The notes beneath the pieces are model-generated. The model saw nothing but the letters and a program-made list of their open reading frames with translations. It ran no database searches and was not told the origin of the DNA. Shown here one piece after another: positions 8,536 to 15,008 of a DNA stretch of 36,337 nucleotides. How positions within the stretch are numbered: position 1 is the first letter of the stretch; every line of letters begins with the position of its first letter. This stretch comes from a virus: IMG/VR virus record IMGVR_UViG_3300013947_000013, positions 1 through 36,337 of that record; one strand, 5' to 3'. Made by a program: the position numbers and the translations under genes.

Positions 8536-9119
8536 TTTTTTCTAAATGCCTTAATAAACTCTTCTCTAGAGCCAATATTTTCTTCCCAGTATAATTGTCC
8601 TTGCTTGTGCCAATAATCATTAAATATGGGATTATTTTGATTGCTAGAATGGCATTCTCTGCATAATGGTAAGATGAAATTATATTTGATGGAGTTAATT
8701 CTATTGCGACCTCCGAAAACTTCGTGAAGGTCGTTTTTCTTTTTACCACATAAATAGCAGTGCTCTAAATCTTCAGTAAAGATAGATTTTCTATTTCTTT
8801 CTAAACTCGCTAGTTTATTTGATTTGTTTTTCATTTTTGCTGGCTTTTGTTGTTTTTTTGCCAATGTTTGTGAATGTTTTCTTATTTGATTGTTATTTGA
8901 TTTTTGTTGTCCGCTTGTAACCAGACTTTTTTTGTCAGAAGTGGACTTTTTTCGTTTTATCTCTGCAGAACACTGTTTTTTTTTGCAAAGGTCTGCAGAG
9001 ATTTTCTTATATTCTTTATTATCACATTCCCTACAAAGGGAAAATGTTATTTCTTTATTTAGTAATTTACAATATGGTTTATTCTTTCTTTTCTTTAAGT
9101 TTATACAATAGTTCTTCAT
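8523..9119 (-). CDS. Zinc-ribbon / HNH-like protein with NinG(Rap)-like architecture
   Basis: SD AGGAG before the ATG. N-terminal CxxxC...CRECDNKEY, a long K/S/Q-rich basic linker, and C-terminal CYLCGKKKNDLHEVFGGRNR...LPLCRECH. Confidence 0.4.
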   Translation of the reverse strand: MKNYCINLKKRKNKPYCKLLNKEITFSLCRECDNKEYKKISADLCKKKQCSAEIKRKKSTSDKKSLVTSGQQKSNNNQIRKHSQTLAKKQQKPAKMKNKSNKLASLERNRKSIFTEDLEHCYLCGKKKNDLHEVFGGRNRINSIKYNFILPLCRECHSSNQNNPIFNDYWHKQGQLYWEENIGSREEFIKAFRKNYLR

Positions 9120-9180
9120 TATTAATTTCTCCTATTCTATAGGAAAAAAGTTTGTATAAAATTGTGTGTTGTTAATAACC

Positions 9181-9200
9181 GTAGCATACTGGTAGCATAC
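9181..9200 (+). repeat. Left arm-type repeats: 2 x GTAGCATAC, 11-bp phasing
   Basis: Copies at 9181-9189 and 9192-9200, in the same orientation as the right-hand set. Confidence 0.6.
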
Positions 9201-9239
9201 AAATCGTTTGTAATTCCTTTAAATTATGCACTTGCTATA

Positions 9240-9287
9240 TGGCTGTTAACCGATAGGTCGTAGGTTCGAGCCCTACATTGGCCGCCA
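9240..9287 (+). other. attP core: 3' half of a tRNA-Asn(GUU) gene (anticodon loop to CCA)
   Basis: CTGTTAA loop (GTT at 9245-9247), CCGAT, variable AGGTC, T-arm GTAGG-TTCGAGC-CCTAC, acceptor ATTGGCC, discriminator G, CCA. There is no matching 5' acceptor or D-arm upstream, so this is a fragment and not a gene. Confidence 0.75.
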
Positions 9288-9300
9288 TTTAGATAATTAA

Positions 9301-9334
9301 CAAACCCTTTAAATATAAGGGTTTGTTTTATTTT
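9301..9334 (+). terminator. Intrinsic terminator downstream of the tRNA fragment
   Basis: CAAACCCTT / AAGGGTTTG stem, 7-nt loop, then TTTTATTTT. Confidence 0.65.
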
Positions 9335-9389
9335 ACTTGTTTTTGATATATTTTTGTAATTCTTGTGGAATTGTCTGATTATAACAACG

Positions 9390-9420
9390 GTAGCATACAA
9401 GTAGCATACAAGTAGCATAC
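9390..9420 (+). repeat. Right arm-type repeats: 3 x GTAGCATAC, 11-bp phasing
   Basis: Copies at 9390-9398, 9401-9409 and 9412-9420. Directly adjacent to the integrase 3' end. Confidence 0.6.
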
Positions 9421-9435
9421 ACAAACTTTTAATTC

Positions 9436-10509
9436 CTAATATTTAATTTTTTCAATTTCTTTTTTTAACTCTTCTATAGTTTTGTGAATATAAACATTGT
9501 TGGTAACATCATTTGATAAACTATGGCCTAATAATCTTTTAATAATTACATCAGGTATTCCTACGGAAGAACACTCTGTTGCAAAAGTATGTCTTGTGTC
9601 GTAAGCAGTATGTTTCATTTTGTTTTCTTCCATAAATTGTTCAAATCTTTTTTTATATGTGTCATATGTCATTTTTTTATTGGTACTTTCATTTATAATT
9701 AAATATTTTTGTCCTTTGTTTTTATTATATATTTTTTCAATTAATGGTTTAATTTTTGAATGGATTGGTATTATTCTGTTTCTACCTGCTTCTGTTTTTT
9801 CTCCACCAATCATATAATTATCTTCTATAAATACATTTTTTTGCTCTATATTGAGCAATTCACTTGGCCGTAGTCCTGTAAATAGGTAAATTACAATTAG
9901 TTCTGCTATGGGACTAAAAATGGCCTTTTCTTTGATTATTTCGATTTCTGTTTTGCTAAATGGAATATGCTTGTTTGATTTTTCCTTTTTTCCTACTTCT
10001 AATTCGCATATTGCTTTATTGATATTTAGTTCCAATTCATCAATTGAATAGTCAATTATTCTTTGAAATGTATTTTTTATGTATCCTCTACCAGTATGTT
10101 TTAATCCTGAATTATTTATAATATTTTGAACATCTTTCTTTTTGAGTTCCAGTATTTTTTGATTTTTAAGTTTTATTAAATGATTGTTGTAAACAGAAAG
10201 CATATTCTTATAATTACTTTTTGACATTTTATTATTTAAGTACATTTCTTTTAATTTTGGTTCTAATTTATCGAATACTTCTCCTAATGTTATATTTTTA
10301 TTTTCTATGTTAAATGGTACATTGTTATATTCTAGTAGCTTTTGATAGGCTTTGTTATAAGTCTCTTCATATGCTATATATTTTTTTATTTGTTTTCCCT
10401 CATTGTCCCAGCCTATTGTTTTTAAAGCACCCCACGGTTTCCTTCTATTTTCACCTAAATAGACTATTGATCCAAATCCATTTGGTAATTTCATTTTTTT
10501 TCTTTTCAT
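9436..10509 (-). CDS. int: Tyrosine integrase
   Basis: TGLRPSEL (Arg I), RHTFAT, LLGHS, and the Tyr in NNVYIH. Adjacent to attP. Confidence 0.9.
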   Translation of the reverse strand: MKRKKMKLPNGFGSIVYLGENRRKPWGALKTIGWDNEGKQIKKYIAYEETYNKAYQKLLEYNNVPFNIENKNITLGEVFDKLEPKLKEMYLNNKMSKSNYKNMLSVYNNHLIKLKNQKILELKKKDVQNIINNSGLKHTGRGYIKNTFQRIIDYSIDELELNINKAICELEVGKKEKSNKHIPFSKTEIEIIKEKAIFSPIAELIVIYLFTGLRPSELLNIEQKNVFIEDNYMIGGEKTEAGRNRIIPIHSKIKPLIEKIYNKNKGQKYLIINESTNKKMTYDTYKKRFEQFMEENKMKHTAYDTRHTFATECSSVGIPDVIIKRLLGHSLSNDVTNNVYIHKTIEELKKEIEKIKY

Positions 10510-10525
10510 TTTTTATCACTCCTTA

Positions 10526-10554
10526 TTGCATTTTGTTTATTTATTTGCTATAAT
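10526..10554 (+). promoter_or_regulatory. Sigma-A type promoter, TTGCAT-17-TATAAT with TGC directly upstream of the -10, pointing away from int
   Basis: TTGCAT 10526-10531, 17-nt spacer, TATAAT 10549-10554. Very similar to the promoter at 7970. Confidence 0.6.
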
Positions 10555-10560
10555 TGGAGT

Positions 10561-10655
10561 ATGTAAAAAAGAATTGTCTTTGGTTGGACTAATTTAATTT
10601 TACATACACTTTTTATAGTGTTTGAGTCGGTGTTGGTAGCACTGGCTCTTTTTTT
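10561..10655 (+). ncRNA. Candidate ~95-nt structured small RNA (three hairpins, the last an intrinsic terminator)
   Basis: Hairpin 1: ATGTAAAA / TTTTACAT (10561-10568 / 10598-10605). Hairpin 2: ACACT / AGTGT (10606-10621). Hairpin 3: GAGTCGGTG / CACTGGCTC (10624-10648) plus a T7 run (10649-10655). There is no ORF (ATG is followed directly by TAA). Confidence 0.45.
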
Positions 10656-10836
10656 ATTTATTTGAATTTTGATATTTTATATAATAATAAAATCCTATAC
10701 ATAATAAAATGATATTTAATATTAATAACCAATTTTCTTTAAATATAAAATGATCATTGTTTACTATTAATGCTCCTATTAAAAAAATATATGCTAGTAT
10801 AATAATTCCATTTAAAATATCTTTTAATTTTTCCAT
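10654..10836 (-). CDS. Small two-TM membrane protein co-transcribed with the repressor
   Basis: 60 aa with two hydrophobic helices. Starts 6 nt after the repressor stop. Confidence 0.6.
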   Translation of the reverse strand: MEKLKDILNGIIILAYIFLIGALIVNNDHFIFKENWLLILNIILLCIGFYYYIKYQNSNK

Positions 10837-10842
10837 AATCTA

Positions 10843-11643
10843 TCAACTTTCTATTTCTGATATATATTTTTCATATAAAGGTGAATTTGTAAAATTATTC
10901 CATTCTTTTAAATATTCTTTATAATTATTATCTAATATTTGTTTTAGCATATTTGAATTATTATTAATAAAATCATTAATATTGTCAAGTTCATTTTCTT
11001 TTAAAAGCCTTCCTTTTTTTATTAAGTTTAAGGAAATTAATGTATCATATAATTTTTTTATATTTGAGTAACTATTTAAATCAAAATCCATTTCTGCTTC
11101 TGTATTAGGTTGATATTCAAAATCTAATTTTAATAGTGAATATATATTTTCAGATACTTTATTTAAAATGTTTTCTTGATTTTTTAAATCATTACTAAGT
11201 TCTTTCCATTCTTTTTTTGAAATGTTTAACATAGTCTTTTTTTTAGGATTGTTTTTAATCCAATTTTGTATATGTTGTTTAATATTATTATAGGTTAACT
11301 CTTTATTATCATCAGTTTTAATATTTAAAAATATATCTTCTACAATTTCTATTGGTAAATTAAATTCATTACTTATTTTATTCAAAGTATTTTCGACTTC
11401 ACTACCAAAAGTGAACTCTTTTTTTGATTCTTCAATAGATGCTATTTTTCTTTTATTTAATAGATCATCTATTGATATATTTAAAGAATTGCATATTCTA
11501 ATAATATTTTCTACATTTGAATTATCTATACCTCTTTTTAATATACTATCTACGGTGGTATAAGGAATATTAATTTTAATAGAAAATTGTCTTACTGAAC
11601 CATACTTTTCGATTATCATTTCTTTTATTTTTTCTTCTAACAT
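10843..11643 (-). CDS. XRE-family HTH repressor (CI-like), 266 aa
   Basis: HTH in GSVRQFSIKINIPYTTVDSILKRG. SD AGGAGG lies 7 nt before ATG 11643. The longer track ORF (to 11754) would run through the promoter/operator region. Confidence 0.75.
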   Translation of the reverse strand: MLEEKIKEMIIEKYGSVRQFSIKINIPYTTVDSILKRGIDNSNVENIIRICNSLNISIDDLLNKRKIASIEESKKEFTFGSEVENTLNKISNEFNLPIEIVEDIFLNIKTDDNKELTYNNIKQHIQNWIKNNPKKKTMLNISKKEWKELSNDLKNQENILNKVSENIYSLLKLDFEYQPNTEAEMDFDLNSYSNIKKLYDTLISLNLIKKGRLLKENELDNINDFINNNSNMLKQILDNNYKEYLKEWNNFTNSPLYEKYISEIES

Positions 11644-11664
11644 AGTTTCCCTCCTTACATATAT

Positions 11665-11693
11665 ATTATAATATATAAAATACGAAAAATCAA
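11665..11693 (-). promoter_or_regulatory. Leftward repressor promoter, TTGATT-17-TATAAT
   Basis: On the minus strand: TTGATT (11693-11688), 17-nt spacer, TATAAT (11670-11665). Overlapped by operator O1. Confidence 0.5.
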
Positions 11694-11809
11694 ATATTTT
11701 TTTTAAAATACTAAAAAGCATATTGACAATATATGAAAAATCGTATATAATCATATTGTAGTCAGAAAATTAAATATTTTTTTTAAAGACTACATACGAA
11801 AAATCGTAT
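11680..11809. promoter_or_regulatory. Three 16-bp operators, consensus ATACGA-AAAA-TCGTAT
   Basis: O1 11680-11695 ATACGAAAAATCAAAT. O2 11731-11746 ATATGAAAAATCGTAT. O3 11794-11809 ATACGAAAAATCGTAT (perfect palindrome). Confidence 0.65.
11723..11751 (+). promoter_or_regulatory. Rightward early promoter, consensus TTGACA-17-TATAAT
   Basis: TTGACA 11723-11728, TATAAT 11746-11751. O2 lies in the spacer. Confidence 0.7.
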
Positions 11810-11829
11810 ATAATAGGAGGTGAGATTAA

Positions 11830-12036
11830 ATGGTTCAATTAAAAGATGTTTTAAAAGAAGCAAATATAACTCAATTAGATATTGCTAACGAATTAGGAAT
11901 ACGATCTTTAAGTACAGTAAATCAAAAGTTGAATAATAAAAGTGATTTTACTGTAAAAGAAGCAAAAATTTTAATAGAACTTATAAGAAAAAAGACTTCT
12001 AAAAAATATCGTGTTGAAGAATTATTTCAAGAGTAA
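11830..12036 (+). CDS. Cro-like HTH regulator
   Basis: SD AGGAGGTG. 68 aa. HTH in ITQLDIANELGIRSLSTVNQKLN. Divergent from the repressor. Confidence 0.65.
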   Translation: MVQLKDVLKEANITQLDIANELGIRSLSTVNQKLNNKSDFTVKEAKILIELIRKKTSKKYRVEELFQE

Positions 12037-12069
12037 AAATCCAACCAAAGACAAAAAAAGGAGAAGTGT

Positions 12070-12294
12070 ATGGAAAAATTAAAAGAAATGAAAACTATTC
12101 CTATACCAATAGTTGCTGACTTACTAGGTAAGACTCAACAATATGTAAGAATAGGATTGCAGCAACAACGACTACCAATCGGAAGCGCTGTAAAAATGTC
12201 ATCAGAGTGGACTTATCATATATCATATGAGTTACTAAAAAATTATATTGGGGAAGAAAGGATAGTAAAATATGAAAACGAAAGTCAATTATAA
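12070..12294 (+). CDS. Small HTH DNA-binding protein (excisionase- or regulator-like)
   Basis: SD AAGGAG (12058-12063). IVADLLGKTQQYVRIGLQQQRLP resembles MerR/Xis-type HTH proteins. Confidence 0.45.
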   Translation: MEKLKEMKTIPIPIVADLLGKTQQYVRIGLQQQRLPIGSAVKMSSEWTYHISYELLKNYIGEERIVKYENESQL

Positions 12295-12511
12295 AAATGT
12301 TTTGAAACTTGTTATATTAATATTTTGTCTTGGTGTTATTATTCATGATATGTATATGTTACTAATTTATCCTTTAATATCAAAGACTTTAACACAATTT
12401 ACTCTTTATGGTTTTTTAACATTTGTATTATCTATGTATATATCTTTAAATATCTTTTATCAAATAAAAAATGTGTCTAACACTGGAACTGTTAAACACA
12501 CAGATAAATAA
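12272..12511 (+). CDS. Small membrane protein
   Basis: 79 aa with two hydrophobic helices. Confidence 0.5.
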   Translation: MKTKVNYKNVLKLVILIFCLGVIIHDMYMLLIYPLISKTLTQFTLYGFLTFVLSMYISLNIFYQIKNVSNTGTVKHTDK

Positions 12512-12572
12512 TTTGTATCAATTATTTACTATTAAAGTATAACACTTTTTATAGTAAAAATCAAATGGAAAA

Positions 12573-13991
12573 ATGAAAATAAAAAATACGATATTAGATA
12601 CATTTAAAGATTATGAGTTTTTTGATAGCACTCACACTTATTTCTATAAAGGAAATAGAGTGACTATTAGTACCACAGGTCTTATACACCAATATTCAAA
12701 TGAATTTGATAAATGGGAAATGTCAGCTAATGTAGCTCGTAAAAGAGGAGTTAGTCAAATAGATGTACTGAAAGAGTGGAAAATTGAAAACTTGCATAGT
12801 ACCATCAAAGGATCAATGATTCATGAGTTTGCACAAAGCCTGTGGGAAGGCAAAGATTATATATTCAAATATGATAATTTACCTGATGTTATTAACAAAA
12901 GAAGATTACAAGAAGAATTATGCAATATGAGTAGGCAAGCCATTAATTTCTACAATGATTATAAAGATATGTATGAATTAATAGGCTGTGAAATATATCT
13001 TGGAGTGCCTGATTATGATGAATGTGGTGCTACGGATATGTTACTTATGAATAAGTTTACAAATGAACTTTTAGTAATTGATTTTAAGAGTAATAAAAAA
13101 ATTGATTATGAAAGTTTCGGACATAAAAAAATGAAAGTTCCTTTACAAAAATATGAAGATTGTAATTATATACATTACTCACTTCAATTGAATGCTTATG
13201 CTTATAAAATTGAGTATATGACAGGAATAAAAGTAAAGGACAAGTTACTAATTTATTTTGATTGTAACAAAGATAACTATGAGGTTATTGAGCCTCTAGA
13301 ACTTCGTAAAGAAGTTATTGAAATATATGAAAATAGGAGAGTGAAAAATATGAATAGTGTACCAGTACTATTAATTGGTAAAAGTGGAAGTGGAAAATCT
13401 GCTTCAATGAGAAATTTTAAGAAAGAAGAAATAGCAATAGTAAATGTTTTGGGTAAACCATTACCATTTAAAAATGATTTAAAGGCACCTAAATGTGATG
13501 ATTATAAAACTATTTTAGCAGCTATTACAAAAACTGATAAAAAGACAATTGTAATAGATGATGCTAACTATCTTATTACAAATGAGTTTATGGCTAAATC
13601 AAGTATAAAAGGTTTTGATAAGTATAATGAGTTAGCCAATAACTTTTGGAATCTTATACAAGGAATTAAGGCTATCGATGGTGGCAAAACAGTTTACCTT
13701 ATAATGCACGAAGATTGTGATGATGATGGAAATGTAAAACCTAAAACAATAGGCAAACTATTGGATGATAAAGTAAATGTGCAAGGAATGTTTACTGTAT
13801 GTATTAGAAGTATGTTTGAAAATGGAAATTATGTATTTAAACTTAAAACAAATGGTCAAGACTGTGTTAAGACACCAATTGGTATGTTTGATGTTGAAGA
13901 GATAGAAAACGATTTAAAGAAAGTCGATGAAATAGTTAGAGATTATTATGATTTAGATAAAAAAGAAAGTGAGGAAACAAATAATGAATGA
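12573..13991 (+). CDS. Fusion protein: PD-(D/E)xK exonuclease domain plus P-loop (Sak4/AAA_24-like) ATPase domain
   Basis: N-terminal half: GSMIHEF, ATDMLL, VIDFKSNKK, YSLQLNAYAY (QxxxY). C-terminal half: LLIGKSGSGKS (Walker A) and IVIDDANY (Walker B). An internal SD-like GGAGAG sits before Met codon 13350. Confidence 0.6.
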   Translation: MKIKNTILDTFKDYEFFDSTHTYFYKGNRVTISTTGLIHQYSNEFDKWEMSANVARKRGVSQIDVLKEWKIENLHSTIKGSMIHEFAQSLWEGKDYIFKYDNLPDVINKRRLQEELCNMSRQAINFYNDYKDMYELIGCEIYLGVPDYDECGATDMLLMNKFTNELLVIDFKSNKKIDYESFGHKKMKVPLQKYEDCNYIHYSLQLNAYAYKIEYMTGIKVKDKLLIYFDCNKDNYEVIEPLELRKEVIEIYENRRVKNMNSVPVLLIGKSGSGKSASMRNFKKEEIAIVNVLGKPLPFKNDLKAPKCDDYKTILAAITKTDKKTIVIDDANYLITNEFMAKSSIKGFDKYNELANNFWNLIQGIKAIDGGKTVYLIMHEDCDDDGNVKPKTIGKLLDDKVNVQGMFTVCIRSMFENGNYVFKLKTNGQDCVKTPIGMFDVEEIENDLKKVDEIVRDYYDLDKKESEETNNE

Positions 13992-14376
13992 TATTATAAA
14001 TAAATTAAATGATGTAGAACTATTAATAAATAATTTAGAAAATCAAAAAAATGAATTAAAAAATCAATTAATTGAAGAATTAAAAAAAACCGAAACTAAA
14101 AATTATAGAACTGATAAGGCTTTATATAGTTTAGTTATAAAAAGCAATGATAAGTTTAATGAAGATAAACTTAAAGAAGAAAATGAAGAAGTTTATAATA
14201 AATATTTAAAAACAAAAGTTAGTTTTGATATTACTACATTTAAAAAGAAAGAAAAAGAGTTAACTGATAAATATACTGAAAAAGGTAAAATAACTTATCA
14301 ATTGATGATTAAAGAAAATAAAGTAGAACAAGAACAAAAGATTGAAAATAAAGAAGTAAAGGAGATTGAATTATAA
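13984..14376 (+). CDS. Coiled-coil early protein
   Basis: SD GAGGAAA before ATG 13984 (the track start at 13969 is less likely). K/E-rich heptad-like sequence. Confidence 0.55.
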   Translation: MNDIINKLNDVELLINNLENQKNELKNQLIEELKKTETKNYRTDKALYSLVIKSNDKFNEDKLKEENEEVYNKYLKTKVSFDITTFKKKEKELTDKYTEKGKITYQLMIKENKVEQEQKIENKEVKEIEL

Positions 14377-14996
14377 TGATAATACCAAATAACTGGAATG
14401 AAATTGAAGCAAAAGAAGTAGGGGATTTTACAAGTTTAACTTTAGGAGGACATATTTGTAAGATACTTGATGTAAGAGAGTATACAAGTGAATTAACTGG
14501 TAATACATCACTTAAGGTATCTGTTGATATAGATGAAAAAGGTGAGTTCGATGGCTATTTTAAAAAGCAATATGAAAATAATACATTATCTGAAAGGAAA
14601 TGGCCAAGTGGAGCTGTAAGATATTTATCTTTGAAAGAAGAGCAAACTGCTTACTTAAAGGGCTTTATTACAGCAGTTGAAAAATCTAATAATGTTAAAT
14701 TGGCTGAACCTGGCAAAGAATTAAATTATGAAAAGTTTAAAGGTTTAAAAATTGTTGGAGTATTTGGATTAGAAGAATACGAAAATGATAAAAAGGAAAT
14801 TAAAACAACTACTAAACTTACCAATTTTAGAAGTTTAGATAAATTAAGTGAGGTAAAAATACCAAAAGTTAAATTAATAAGTGGGGAAATGGTTGAATAT
14901 GAAGAATATCAAAAAAATAAGAATACTTCTAATTCAAGACAATTAACGGATAAGGAGATAGATGATTTTTTAGATAAAAGTGGAATTGAATTGTAG
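14376..14996 (+). CDS. DUF669-like putative ssDNA-binding protein
   Basis: ATAATG coupling. N-terminal pattern (...G.F.SLTLGGHICKILDV.E..S..G..SLKVSVDI) and position next to the ATPase match the DUF669 genes of Firmicute phages. Confidence 0.4.
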   Translation: MIIPNNWNEIEAKEVGDFTSLTLGGHICKILDVREYTSELTGNTSLKVSVDIDEKGEFDGYFKKQYENNTLSERKWPSGAVRYLSLKEEQTAYLKGFITAVEKSNNVKLAEPGKELNYEKFKGLKIVGVFGLEEYENDKKEIKTTTKLTNFRSLDKLSEVKIPKVKLISGEMVEYEEYQKNKNTSNSRQLTDKEIDDFLDKSGIEL

Positions 14997-15008
14997 GAGG
15001 TAATTCTT

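Noticed and set aside
9224-9424. Track ORF 9224..9424 (-) across the attachment region
   Set aside because: It is read straight through the tRNA-Asn fragment, its terminator and the arm repeats. It is not a plausible gene.
11644-11754. N-terminal 37-codon extension of the repressor (track start at 11754)
   Set aside because: The extension covers both promoters and two operators. A strong SD (AGGAGG) precedes the internal ATG at 11643, where the HTH domain begins.
12542-12555. 14-nt direct repeat ACACTTTTTATAGT shared with sRNA hairpin 2 (10606-10619)
   Set aside because: It is a direct rather than complementary match and is almost entirely A/T. It could easily arise by chance in this composition. 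It is noted but not interpreted.
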